Part shown: piece by piece, positions 32,683 to 42,591 of the stretch
How the letters are laid out: the number at the start of each line of letters is the position of its first letter
Position numbering within the stretch: position 1 is the stretch's first letter
Source: Candidatus Helarchaeota archaeon
Lineage (GTDB): Archaea > Asgardarchaeota > Lokiarchaeia > Helarchaeales > RDOG01
Direction: 5' to 3'
NCBI GenBank assembly: GCA_019058315.1
Contig: JAHPZH010000001.1
Coordinates: 439,536-503,535 of the forward strand
DNA length: 64,000 nucleotides
Notes under the pieces: generated by a model
What the model was told of the DNA's origin: nothing
Seen by the model: the letters and a program-made list of their open reading frames with translations, nothing else
Database searches by the model: none
Made by a program: the position numbers and the translations under genes

Positions 32683-33456
32683 TTATTTTTGAGTTAGACT
32701 ATTTTCACATGAAAATAACTTATTATAGTAACAATTCTTGCATTTTTTTTGACTTTTATGATTTCTTTCGATATAATAAGGGTCCTTACATTCATTAATC
32801 ATTTCTAGTAATTGGTTCGCCGAATTCAAGATATTTAGGAAATTGAAAGGTATAAAGTAAATTTGATTGTTATAATTTCTGAAAAAATCTGAAGGATTTA
32901 CCATTAAATCTTCCATAAAGTCTCTTTTATTAGTAGTATAACCCAAAATGGGATTCCCAATTTTATAATTTACTAGTTTTTTGAGAAGAAATTGATAATT
33001 TTCTAAAAATTCAAAACCTATTTTAATCTGGTATTTCCTTCTTTCCCGATATAAAAATCGAAATAATAAAAGATTATAAATTACCACAAGGTTTTTATCA
33101 CTTTTATAAGCAGAATTTGGAATCTTTTTCACTCTTTTAATATTTAAGACATGAATTGTCTCGGATTTTTCATTAAATAATATGAAATCTACAGATCCCA
33201 CCAAACAAAAATCTTTATCAACAAAAAGTGTTGTTTTTTGTTCGAAATTATTTGCAATGATTGTAAATTCATCTTTTATTATAGGTTCATTAATATCGAA
33301 TAATTTTGAGACATGTTGATAATTATTTTCATTAAATTGACTAATATTTTGACTTCTTGGAATTGGTCTTCCCCAAAATTTTGCTGTACAATGACAAAAA
33401 TGCCATTCTTTTAAAAAACTAATTGGAATATGCCGTATACTCAATCTACTTACCAA
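32683..33456 (-). CDS. Solo Cas4-like PD-(D/E)xK/Fe-S protein, divergent
   Basis: N-terminal EWHFC, GSVDFI...VLNIK, C-terminal CKNC-x7-C. Confidence 0.55.
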   Translation of the reverse strand: MVSRLSIRHIPISFLKEWHFCHCTAKFWGRPIPRSQNISQFNENNYQHVSKLFDINEPIIKDEFTIIANNFEQKTTLFVDKDFCLVGSVDFILFNEKSETIHVLNIKRVKKIPNSAYKSDKNLVVIYNLLLFRFLYRERRKYQIKIGFEFLENYQFLLKKLVNYKIGNPILGYTTNKRDFMEDLMVNPSDFFRNYNNQIYFIPFNFLNILNSANQLLEMINECKDPYYIERNHKSQKKCKNCYYNKLFSCENSLTQK

Positions 33457-33500
33457 TAATTAGGTAAGTCCTTACTTTTTAAACCCATCAAAAAATTGTA

Positions 33501-34097
33501 TTATTGCCAATATTTTCCTTGTGCACAAGAAATACAAAGATTTTTTCCATCTTTTTTAATAACTCTAGTTGCCATTACTCCCTCATGACAATTCTCACAA
33601 ATAATAGTATTAAAAATTTGGGCTTCAGGTGGAATTTTCATTTGAACATTTTCAATTTTAAGGTAATCGCTTTGAGGCCTTTCTAATATTTTAAACATTA
33701 TCTTTTTTAGGAATTCTTTTCTTTCATCAGCGTTCAGGTTTTTCATTTCTTCACGCAAATCGCCTAAAATATTCCTTATTTGTGAAAAATCAAAACTCAA
33801 CCGAATTCCTTTTCCTGTAGTTCTATTAAATATTGTTGCAGCAGTTTTTCCATAATCTTTTAAAATCAAATTTCCTTTTCCTAGTGATGTGCCTAAAACA
33901 ATTTGAAGTGCGTCCACCATACAAGATTGCCCTTCCGAAATCGTAACTACTTCTTCATCAATGGATCTTGATGCTGCCAATTCTTTTAATGCGATAATCC
34001 CGATAATCATACCAGAAAGTAACCCAGGACAACTATGTCCATGAAATTCAACAGCTTTATCCCATAATCCAGTAATATCTAAATCCATATTCATCAT
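33501..34097 (-). CDS. FmdE-family protein with C-terminal zinc finger
   Basis: FHGHSCPG, CMVDALQ, GKGNL, CENC...CISC. Confidence 0.92.
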   Translation of the reverse strand: MMNMDLDITGLWDKAVEFHGHSCPGLLSGMIIGIIALKELAASRSIDEEVVTISEGQSCMVDALQIVLGTSLGKGNLILKDYGKTAATIFNRTTGKGIRLSFDFSQIRNILGDLREEMKNLNADERKEFLKKIMFKILERPQSDYLKIENVQMKIPPEAQIFNTIICENCHEGVMATRVIKKDGKNLCISCAQGKYWQ

Positions 34098-34235
34098 CTC
34101 TATAAATTGGGCTGTATATACTATCTCTAAATTAAAATAATATTATGTATTTGATATAATATATTAGTGAAAATCATAATAAAAAATTAAGTAAAAATAG
34201 GTATTAATAGAAAAAAATAGAAGAAAAAAGGAAAA

Positions 34236-34427
34236 TTAATCTGTTTCTACTTCAATAGCATTCTCTGGACATTGATCTTGGCAAGCTAAGCATTCAATGC
34301 ACTCGTCTTCTGCGACAACTTTAGTTTTCCCAGCAGCGTCATCAAGCTCATATACTCCACTAGGACAAACATCAACGCACGTTCCACAACCAGTACATTT
34401 CTCAAAATCCACTTTTATTTTCGGCAA
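34236..34427 (-). CDS. 2x[4Fe-4S] ferredoxin
   Basis: CTGCGTCVDVCP and CIECLACQDQCP. Confidence 0.93.
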   Translation of the reverse strand: MPKIKVDFEKCTGCGTCVDVCPSGVYELDDAAGKTKVVAEDECIECLACQDQCPENAIEVETD

Positions 34428-34482
34428 ATCTCTTCACCTATTTCATCTTTCTCATACACATTATTAGAGGAGGAAATTCTAA

Positions 34483-34674
34483 TTAATCTCCTTGCACTTC
34501 AATGGCCCCTTCTGGACATTGATCAGCACAAGCAAGACACTCTATACATTCATCCTCATTAACTCTACTTGTCTTTCCGGTGGCATCATTTAATTCAAAT
34601 ACTCCACTTGGACAGACATCAACGCAGGTTCCACAACCTGTACACTTTTCATCGTCAACTATTATCTTTGGCAT
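34483..34674 (-). CDS. 2x[4Fe-4S] ferredoxin (tandem duplicate)
   Basis: CTGCGTCVDVCP and CIECLACADQCP. Confidence 0.93.
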   Translation of the reverse strand: MPKIIVDDEKCTGCGTCVDVCPSGVFELNDATGKTSRVNEDECIECLACADQCPEGAIEVQGD

Positions 34675-34737
34675 TTTTCATCATTTCCTTCAATTTTTAC
34701 TTTGAAATTTTCTAAAAAAACAATATTTTAACTGTTA

Positions 34738-36138
34738 TTATATTTTTTTATACCAAATCGTTTTATTAGGTAAATCTTTAACTTCTAAATTTAATTTATT
34801 CAATTCGTCACGAATCTTATCTGATAAAGCATAATCTTTACTTTGCCTCGCTTCTTGTCTTATTGTCAAAATTAGATCTACTAATTTGTCTGAAATACCT
34901 TCTTTATTTTCCAAAAAGATACCAAGAATACTCCCTAATTCCCATAATAATTTATGAGCTTGTTCCATTATTTCTGGATTTACAATTTCACCCTTTTGAG
35001 TTATTTTATTTATTTCTCGTGCTAATGTCTGTAAATGAGATAGAGCAAGAGGTGTATTAAAATCATCATCCATCGCGAGGATAAATTCAGATTGGGTTTG
35101 TTGAATGAGTTTTTTCAAATCTTCCGTTAGACTTTTTGAGTAATCTTTATTATCTATAAGATGTGCATTTCTTGAAGCCTCTAAAGCTACAAAAAATTTT
35201 TCAAGGACATTTTGGGCATGATCCAAATTCTCGTCACTAAATTCCATTGGTTTTCGATAATGAGTTGAAATTAAAAAACAACGGAGATTTTCTGGAGACC
35301 TTTTTTCCAATACTTCTTGAATTGTAAAGAAGTTCTTTAATGATTTTGACATTTTTTCCTTATTAACTGTTAAAAATCCATTATGGATCCAATATCTAAC
35401 AAATTTCTTACCGGTATATGCCTCAGTTTGGGCAATTTCATTCTCATGATGAGGAAACACTAAATCTTGACCACCCCCATGGATATCAAGAGTGCTTCCT
35501 AGATATTTTGTTGACATTACACTGCATTCAATATGCCAACCTGGTCTTCCAAGTCCCCAAGGTGATTCCCAAAATGGTTCATCTTCTTTTTTTCTCTTCC
35601 ACAAAGCAAAATCTTTGGGATTTCGCTTATCTGGGGAATCTTCACTGTCTATTAGTTCTTCAAATGGTTTTCTTGATAATTTGCCATAATCTTGGAAGGA
35701 ATCTACCGCAAAATATACATTTCCATTTGATTCATATGCAAATCCTTTTTGAATAAGAATTTTAATTGCTTCAATCATATCAGGAATGTGTTGAGTAGCT
35801 CGTGGAAAATAATCTGCTGATAATGCCCTCAATTTCTTCATATCTCTAAAATATAATTCTGTATATTTATCAGCAAGTTCATAAATCGTTAAATTTTCCT
35901 CATGAGCTCTTTTTATTATTTTATCATCAATATCTGTTAAATTTTGAATGTATGTTACATCAAAACCCCTAAATTTGAGATATCTATACATAATATCAAA
36001 AAAAACATAGGACCTAGCATGACCTATATGAGAAAAATCGTATACCGTCGGTCCACAAACATACATTTTAACTTTGCTTTTCTCTAAAGGAACAAAATCT
36101 TCTTTTTTTCCCGTTAAGTCATTAAAAAGTTTTAGCAT
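34738..36138 (-). CDS. cysS: Cysteine--tRNA ligase
   Basis: CGPTVY, HIGH, GRPGWHIECS, HHENE, KMSKS. Confidence 0.98.
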   Translation of the reverse strand: MLKLFNDLTGKKEDFVPLEKSKVKMYVCGPTVYDFSHIGHARSYVFFDIMYRYLKFRGFDVTYIQNLTDIDDKIIKRAHEENLTIYELADKYTELYFRDMKKLRALSADYFPRATQHIPDMIEAIKILIQKGFAYESNGNVYFAVDSFQDYGKLSRKPFEELIDSEDSPDKRNPKDFALWKRKKEDEPFWESPWGLGRPGWHIECSVMSTKYLGSTLDIHGGGQDLVFPHHENEIAQTEAYTGKKFVRYWIHNGFLTVNKEKMSKSLKNFFTIQEVLEKRSPENLRCFLISTHYRKPMEFSDENLDHAQNVLEKFFVALEASRNAHLIDNKDYSKSLTEDLKKLIQQTQSEFILAMDDDFNTPLALSHLQTLAREINKITQKGEIVNPEIMEQAHKLLWELGSILGIFLENKEGISDKLVDLILTIRQEARQSKDYALSDKIRDELNKLNLEVKDLPNKTIWYKKI

Positions 36139-36205
36139 TAAAGTTTTTCCTTAAATTATTTAAATTTTTTAATGAAAGAAATTTATATTCTTCCTTTAAA
36201 TATTT

Positions 36206-36281
36206 TGGAGCGGACGGAGATATTTGAAATCTCGTGCATACAGCTCTGCAGGCTGTTTCCTAACCACTCGGACACGTCCGC
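36206..36281 (-). tRNA. tRNA-Cys(GCA), CCA encoded
   Basis: GCGGACG/CGTCCGC acceptor stem, ACAGC-CTGCAGA-GCTGT anticodon arm, GAGAT-TTCAAAT-ATCTC T arm, U73, CCA. Confidence 0.9.
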
Positions 36282-36398
36282 AAGTTCGAATTATATTATT
36301 CGAATATATAACATTATTATATAATATTTATTGAAAAATTAGATAAAAATAATGGTATAATTAAAAATTTTTAAGGTTTGATATCTGTCATAAATTCT

Positions 36399-37166
36399 TT
36401 ATTTATTATTTTTTTTCATAATTCCATTCCTAAAAACGTATATTGCCCAACCTTGTGTATCTCTACCCCAACACAGATATAACTTCTTCCATTTTTTAAT
36501 TCGCGATATGATTTCTGCGAGATCTTTGTCGTCAGGATTTGATCTTACATAATCATCTACTGCCCACCATTGGAATGTCTCATAATGATCCCAATCATCA
36601 TGATTGCTTACTAAAGTATAAAGACAGGTTAATCCTTCTTCCTCCCCTAACTTCATATTTTCATAATGTGAGTGGAAAGTTTCTTTCTTTATTCTCTCTG
36701 CTTTCAAATATTCTTCACTTGGCTCTTTTAACCAAAAAGGTTCTCCAATTAAAATTAGCCCATCTTGTTTTGTCCACTTTTTTAAAGCTTTTATGGTTCC
36801 CAAATAACCATTATATATCCAACTTGCACCTATACACATGGTTACATCAAAAAGTTCAGATGCTTCAGGTTTATATTTTGCACCATCCATTTCTAAAAAT
36901 TTTATATTTGATTTAGGGACTCGTTTTTGTTGTTTTTCCAAACAATTTTTTACAAAAAAAGGTGATATATCAACTCCAATGCCTGATATATCATAAAGTT
37001 CTGCTAACCTGATTAGAAATTCTCCTTTTCCACAAGCTATGTCTAATACATATGCCCCTCGTTTTAATTTGAGAAAACCACAAAGCTTTTCAAACTTTTC
37101 CTTATTCATTGGATTACATAAAAAGTGATTTTTATGAGTAATTGCATAATATTTCCACATGTCCAA
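36399..37166 (-). CDS. Class I SAM-dependent methyltransferase
   Basis: VLDIACGKGE, GVDIS, CIGASW, WDHYE. Confidence 0.88.
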   Translation of the reverse strand: MDMWKYYAITHKNHFLCNPMNKEKFEKLCGFLKLKRGAYVLDIACGKGEFLIRLAELYDISGIGVDISPFFVKNCLEKQQKRVPKSNIKFLEMDGAKYKPEASELFDVTMCIGASWIYNGYLGTIKALKKWTKQDGLILIGEPFWLKEPSEEYLKAERIKKETFHSHYENMKLGEEEGLTCLYTLVSNHDDWDHYETFQWWAVDDYVRSNPDDKDLAEIISRIKKWKKLYLCWGRDTQGWAIYVFRNGIMKKNNK

Positions 37167-37263
37167 TAAATTTCACCTAAATTAAGTAAATCATAGATTT
37201 TTTATATTTACTCATTATTAAATAATTCTGATAATAATTTTAAGTTAGAAATGAATAAATTAA

Positions 37264-37506
37264 TTGAGAAAAATGAAAATTCCAGATCGAATAATTATTG
37301 ATGTTGAGGTGTGTGCTGGCAAGCCATGCATTCGTGGCACACGTTTAACTGTTGATTTTATTTTAGAATTACTAGCTATGGGTTGGGAATATAAAAAAAT
37401 CCAGGAAGAATATGATATTGAATATGAAGACATCCTTGCGGTTCTAGATTATGCACGGCAAATAATAAGTGACGAAAAAGTATACAAAATTGGTACTGAA
37501 ACATAA
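37264..37506 (+). CDS. DUF433 antitoxin
   Basis: AGKPCIRGTRLTV...EDILAVLDYA. Confidence 0.9.
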   Translation: MRKMKIPDRIIIDVEVCAGKPCIRGTRLTVDFILELLAMGWEYKKIQEEYDIEYEDILAVLDYARQIISDEKVYKIGTET

Positions 37507-37564
37507 AATCCTATTTTTATAACAGATTTATTCCTGTCATCTTGTAATTTTAGGAAATGAATCA

Positions 37565-37930
37565 ATGAAATTATCTTTAATACTTGATGAAAACATTCCA
37601 AAGTCAACAATGGAGAGCTTAGAGAAAGTTGGTTTTCAAATTTTTTCAATTAGACAAAACAGACCTGGAATTACTGACAAAGAAATTGTAAAATTAAGTG
37701 AAAAAAAGAAACAACCAATTATTATTCTTGATAAAGATTTTGGATATTTAGTTTATAATCAGAATCTAAAGCCATATTGTGTGATGTTAATTAGAATTAA
37801 ACCTCAACAACCGGACCAAATATTTGAAGCTATATCAACTGTGTTAAAGTGGATAGAAAAAGAAAATATTGATTTAAACCGAAAATTTATTGTATTTGAT
37901 GGAAAATCTTTAAGAATTCGAAAAATATAA
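37565..37930 (+). CDS. DUF5615 PIN-like toxin
   Basis: ILDENIP, ITDKEI, LDKDFG; follows DUF433. Confidence 0.88.
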   Translation: MKLSLILDENIPKSTMESLEKVGFQIFSIRQNRPGITDKEIVKLSEKKKQPIIILDKDFGYLVYNQNLKPYCVMLIRIKPQQPDQIFEAISTVLKWIEKENIDLNRKFIVFDGKSLRIRKI

Positions 37931-37982
37931 CTATTAAAGTCTCATTAAAGAAATATTTGCTTAAAAAAATGGAGGACAAATA

Positions 37983-39497
37983 ATGAAGGTTGAAGTGGAA
38001 AAAGATTCGCTCTTGAATGTCGAAGCAGAATCTTTAGTAATTAGTATATTTGAAAACATAGAAGATTCAAAACACCTTATAGATGAAATAGATAAAAAGT
38101 TGGATGGAACTATAAAGGAAAGAATAGAAATTGGTGATTTTAAAGGAAAAATTGGAGAAATATCAATCATATACACCCATAATAAGATTCCCACTAAAAG
38201 AATTTTATTGATTGGTCTTGGTAAAAAAGAAGAGTTAGATTATGAAAAAATTAGGCGAATTAATGGAATTGTAATAAAGAAAATTAGGAATTCTGAGGTT
38301 AAAAAATATAAAATCTGGTTAATGGGATCAGAAAAACCCGATCTAAAAGTTGAACAAATAGCCCAAGCAATCATAGAAGGAGCTATATTAGGAAATTATA
38401 AATTTTATAGACATAAGACAGAAAAATTAGAAGAAATTAAGTTAATTGAAGAAATAACTGTTGTTTATAATGATTTAATTGATGAAATTAAAAATGGAGT
38501 TCGAACTGGCCAAATAATTGCTGAGGCAACAAATTTTACTAAAGATCTGACTAATGAACCAGCAAATATTGCAACTCCGACTTATATTGCAGAACAAACA
38601 AAATTAATGGCAGATGAATTAGGAATTAAATGTACCATTTTTGGGGAAAAAGAAATAGAAGAAATGAAAATGGGTTCCTTCCTATCTGTCGCTAAGGGGA
38701 GTAATGAACCCTGTAAATTAGTAGTTTTAGATTATAATCCTAAACAGAATTTAGAAACCATAGTTTTAATCGGAAAAGGTATTACTTTCGATACTGGTGG
38801 CATATCCATCAAGCCAGCAATGGGTATGTGGGAAATGAAGCAAGATATGGCTGGTGCAGCAGCTGTTATTGGAACCCTAAAAGCTATTGCACAATTAAAA
38901 ATTCCACTTCATATTGTGGGAATTACTCCACTTACAGAAAATACACCTGGTGGGAAAGATCCTAATTTACCAGGAGATATCGTTAAGAGCCGTAAAGGAA
39001 AGACGATTGAAATTTTACATACCGATGCTGAAGGTCGATTAATCCTTATTGATGCATTAGATTATGCCAATGAATTCAAACCCAAAATAGTTCTAGATAT
39101 TGCTACTCTAACTGGTGCATGCGCTGTTGCCCTTGGAATTTACGCTTCTGGACTTTTCACTACAGATGATGATCTTGCAGAAAAATTAATTAAAGCTGGA
39201 GAAGAGACCCAAGAACGTTTATGGAGGCTTCCATTATGGGAAGATCACGAGAAAATTATGGAAAGCAAGATTGCAGATGTTAGAAATATTAATCCAAGTC
39301 GCAAAGACGGAGCTGGAGCTTCTAATGCAGCAGGATTTTTAAAACATTTCATTGGGGATTATAGATGGGCACATATTGATATAGCTGGTACCGATTTGGT
39401 ATCAAAGGGGAAAGATTACACCCCTCTTGGAGCATCAGGAGTTGGTGTTCGCTTATTTGTCCAATTTATAAAAAATTGGAGTAAAAAATCTAATTAA
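37983..39497 (+). CDS. pepA: Leucyl aminopeptidase (M17)
   Basis: GKGITFDTGG, MKQDMAG, HTDAEGRL, DIATLTG, WAHIDIAG. Confidence 0.95.
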   Translation: MKVEVEKDSLLNVEAESLVISIFENIEDSKHLIDEIDKKLDGTIKERIEIGDFKGKIGEISIIYTHNKIPTKRILLIGLGKKEELDYEKIRRINGIVIKKIRNSEVKKYKIWLMGSEKPDLKVEQIAQAIIEGAILGNYKFYRHKTEKLEEIKLIEEITVVYNDLIDEIKNGVRTGQIIAEATNFTKDLTNEPANIATPTYIAEQTKLMADELGIKCTIFGEKEIEEMKMGSFLSVAKGSNEPCKLVVLDYNPKQNLETIVLIGKGITFDTGGISIKPAMGMWEMKQDMAGAAAVIGTLKAIAQLKIPLHIVGITPLTENTPGGKDPNLPGDIVKSRKGKTIEILHTDAEGRLILIDALDYANEFKPKIVLDIATLTGACAVALGIYASGLFTTDDDLAEKLIKAGEETQERLWRLPLWEDHEKIMESKIADVRNINPSRKDGAGASNAAGFLKHFIGDYRWAHIDIAGTDLVSKGKDYTPLGASGVGVRLFVQFIKNWSKKSN

Positions 39498-39540
39498 CAA
39501 TATTAAAAATAATGCAAAATCGTAGGAAAAACTAATTTTA

Positions 39541-39563
39541 TACACTTGGTTCTCAAAAGTGTA
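39541..39563. promoter_or_regulatory. Inverted repeat between pepA and the Ubl gene
   Basis: TACACTT-9nt-AAGTGTA. Confidence 0.3.
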
Positions 39564-39616
39564 GAAAAATAACTAAATATTTTCCACACTCCTATAATCT
39601 TAAATAATTGACATAG

Positions 39617-39883
39617 GTGGTAAAAATGGTAAATTATCGATTCAGATTATTAGGAGTTCCCCCAGATCAAGCAGTAAAAACTGGAGATATTGATGTTAAT
39701 CAAAATGTTGCAGAGGCTAAAAAGGTAATAAGAAAATTATATAAATTAAACCCTATTTTGTCGCTTCAATTCATCCATAAAGGTAAAGTTTTACCTAATA
39801 ATGTTAGATTTGCTAGCTTAGGTATAATGCCACAAAAAGATGTAATAACAGTAATGGTAAGTCAAGTAGGGGGAAAAAATTAA
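39617..39883 (+). CDS. Ubiquitin-like (beta-grasp) protein ending GG-KN
   Basis: LQFIHKGKVL (cf. ubiquitin LIFAGKQL), LGI...ITVM, VGGKN terminus. Confidence 0.8.
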   Translation: MVKMVNYRFRLLGVPPDQAVKTGDIDVNQNVAEAKKVIRKLYKLNPILSLQFIHKGKVLPNNVRFASLGIMPQKDVITVMVSQVGGKN

Positions 39884-39956
39884 TTTCTTCTATTTTCAAT
39901 TTTTATTTATCGTAACTATTAACAATATTTGAAATGATAGAAGAGATGAAATAAGA

Positions 39957-40169
39957 ATGGACGAAAATTTAAAAGGATCAATTATGGCAGGAGTTATGGG
40001 GGCAATAATGGGTTTTATTATGAGTTTTTTTATAACCTTATTCTTAATACCACTCCCTGATACTGAAATCTCAAATGCGTTGTATAATGGAATGAGTGGC
40101 CTCATTAGTGGATTTATGGGTGGTTTCATGGGATTAATTATATATTTCAGAAGAAAAAAAGATGTGTAG
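39957..40169 (+). CDS. Small two-TM Gly/Met-rich membrane protein
   Basis: Two GxxxG-rich helices, basic C-terminus. Confidence 0.6.
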   Translation: MDENLKGSIMAGVMGAIMGFIMSFFITLFLIPLPDTEISNALYNGMSGLISGFMGGFMGLIIYFRRKKDV

Positions 40170-40294
40170 AAAAGCCATGAAATTTATCCCTAATAAATAA
40201 TCTTTATTCTTTATTATTTAACTAAAACAAAAAAAAAACTCATCTGATCTTATTTTTCTAAAAGATGTAGAAAAAAAAGTATAATTTGGAAGAT

Positions 40295-40765
40295 TTAATC
40301 AATTGCCACTTTCGTTTTTGTTCTCTTTATTGGTGCATTTATTTGAAGGATACCTTTCTTGAAATTTGCTTTTATATCGTCAATATTTATCTTCACAGGT
40401 AATCTGAGTATTTTATGGAAATATTGAAAAGTTTTTTGAAAAGAATTTGTTCCCCATTTTTCAAATTTAACTTCTGATTTCATTTTTGCTTCGATTTCGA
40501 TTGAATCATCAGTGGCATTTATTTCAATATTCTCTTTATCTACATTAGGTAAATCTGCTGTTAAAATAACCTCATCCTTTGTAATTCTGTAATCCATAAG
40601 CGGTTGCAGACAACAGAGTTCGTTGTCCCAACTAGGCGAGAAAGAGCTTAAACTAAACATATCTCTAAATTTACGTTCCATATTTTCAAAAAGATCATCA
40701 TATAGGTCAAATATTGACTTTCTATGTCGCATAATTTTCATGTCTTTTTCATTTTCTTCGCTCAT
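40295..40765 (-). CDS. Small heat shock protein (Hsp20)
   Basis: ADLPNVDKENIEI, LPVKI...ANFKKGILQI. Confidence 0.92.
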   Translation of the reverse strand: MSEENEKDMKIMRHRKSIFDLYDDLFENMERKFRDMFSLSSFSPSWDNELCCLQPLMDYRITKDEVILTADLPNVDKENIEINATDDSIEIEAKMKSEVKFEKWGTNSFQKTFQYFHKILRLPVKINIDDIKANFKKGILQINAPIKRTKTKVAID

Positions 40766-40774
40766 TTTTCCACC

Positions 40775-41524
40775 TCACCCGTACATAGCTGGTAAATCAA
40801 CAGCAGTCATTCCTGGCACCTGTTTCGGCATTTCTTCTTGGGTTCGAGCCATAATATCACGTAATTTAATACGTAGTTCTTCAGCTTTATCCAATAATTC
40901 TTGAATATCTATATTAGTACCTATTATTTTATTTAGATCGGTTACAAGATTTGCTGACGCTTGAGGATCTGGATATTGAGCAAACGTTTCCACACCAAGG
41001 GCTATAATTGGCAACTCCTGCTTTACTGCTTCCCAAACTATAGCAGCGTGCATACCCGCTAGAATACCTGTATCAATAGATTTAATATCTTTTTCTTTTA
41101 GTAGCTTTTCATGATCGACGTTATTTGAATTAGCAAATGTTCCGGGAGTTTCTATATTTAAGCGATTAGGCACAGGGATCCCGTATAAACTAATAACTTT
41201 TTTAATATTTTTTTCTTTTAGCCATTTTACTAAAGCTCTTGCTAGGGGATTTATTGCATTTGTAGGAATTGGAATTTCGCTAATAATAACGGTGATCTCA
41301 TCATTTGAATAAATTCTTATAGGTGATTGAAATTTTCCTCCATGCATTACAACTAAAGGTGGAAATAAATCGCTTTGTATGTGTCCTTTTTCCGACAACT
41401 TCAAAGTTTCAATTATATGCATACAACTTATAAGCCCTACTAGTCCAACGTCTGGAAATCCAATTAGAACTGACTGAGATTTAGGACTAATACCTTCAAT
41501 AATTTCAACTGAATCTTCGGTCAT
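40775..41524 (-). CDS. PAC2-family proteasome assembly chaperone
   Basis: GFPDVGLVGLI, PIRIY, YPDP, C-terminal MYG HbYX motif. Confidence 0.9.
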   Translation of the reverse strand: MTEDSVEIIEGISPKSQSVLIGFPDVGLVGLISCMHIIETLKLSEKGHIQSDLFPPLVVMHGGKFQSPIRIYSNDEITVIISEIPIPTNAINPLARALVKWLKEKNIKKVISLYGIPVPNRLNIETPGTFANSNNVDHEKLLKEKDIKSIDTGILAGMHAAIVWEAVKQELPIIALGVETFAQYPDPQASANLVTDLNKIIGTNIDIQELLDKAEELRIKLRDIMARTQEEMPKQVPGMTAVDLPAMYG

Positions 41525-41883
41525 GTTATTCCTTCCATAATTAGAGTTAGTATTTCTATTACTAAGTTATAAATTTTTTAAATAAAAATGATATCTTTTT
41601 CAAAAAATAAAATAAATTTTCCAAATTGAATAAAATTTGATTATTTTTTTGAATTTATTAATATTATTTATTAAATATCATGAAGTTAATTTCTCAATAT
41701 ATTGGATAGCAAAAAATTTTATTGATTTCTTATATTATATATAATTTTTCTGCATTTTAGTTTTAAGTCACACCTTGTTAGTAACCTTTATATACTATGG
41801 TTATATAAATTATCTTAATGGGTAATTTACTCACAAGTTGTGAAAAAACTAAAAAATAAATTTCAAAAAATGGAAGGATAAAA

Positions 41884-42534
41884 ATGCTATCAAACCTGGA
41901 TTTAAATGATTTCTTTAATTTTGCTGGAACAAAAAAGAAACCAAAAGTCATTGAAATAAAAGAAGAGGATTATATAAAATTAAAAGAAAAATCCGAAAAA
42001 TATGATGAATTGCTTACCGAATATAAGAACCTAGAAAGAAAACTTGAAGCATTTGAGAATGATCAAGAGAAATTAAAAGAAAAAACTGAACTATCAGAGA
42101 AATATTTTAATGCATTAGTAAGATTACAAGCCGAATTTGATAATTATCAGAAAATATCTGAAAGAGAAAACCAAAAATTCAAAAAATTCGCATTAAAAAA
42201 CATACTGATTGAACTATTAAAACTACATGACGATTTACAAAGAGCTATAAATTCAGCACAGGGAAAAAAAGACTTTAAATCTATACATCAAGGCCTTCAA
42301 ATGATTCTTAATAATTTAAAAAAATTGCTAGAAAATGAAGGAGTAAAGCCTATAGAAGCTGAAGGCGAAATTTTTGATCCATCTAAACATCATGTTTGTA
42401 TGGTAGAATCAATTAAAGACAACGTTGAGATACCTGAAGATACTGTTTTGGAAGAAATTGAAAAAGGTTATTATTATAAAGATGCAGTATTGAGACCTTC
42501 TATGGTTAAAATCGCAAAATTTGTGAGTAATTAA
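41884..42534 (+). CDS. grpE: Nucleotide exchange factor GrpE
   Basis: RLQAEFDNY, FDPSKH, KGY...LRPSMVKI. Confidence 0.95.
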   Translation: MLSNLDLNDFFNFAGTKKKPKVIEIKEEDYIKLKEKSEKYDELLTEYKNLERKLEAFENDQEKLKEKTELSEKYFNALVRLQAEFDNYQKISERENQKFKKFALKNILIELLKLHDDLQRAINSAQGKKDFKSIHQGLQMILNNLKKLLENEGVKPIEAEGEIFDPSKHHVCMVESIKDNVEIPEDTVLEEIEKGYYYKDAVLRPSMVKIAKFVSN

Positions 42535-42591
42535 ATCAAACTAATCAAATAAAGTGAAATTATAAAAAATTAAATAAGGATGTGAAAATAA

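Noticed and set aside
32560-33500. CRISPR-Cas locus around the Cas4-like gene
   Set aside because: No repeat-spacer array and no other cas genes in the window.
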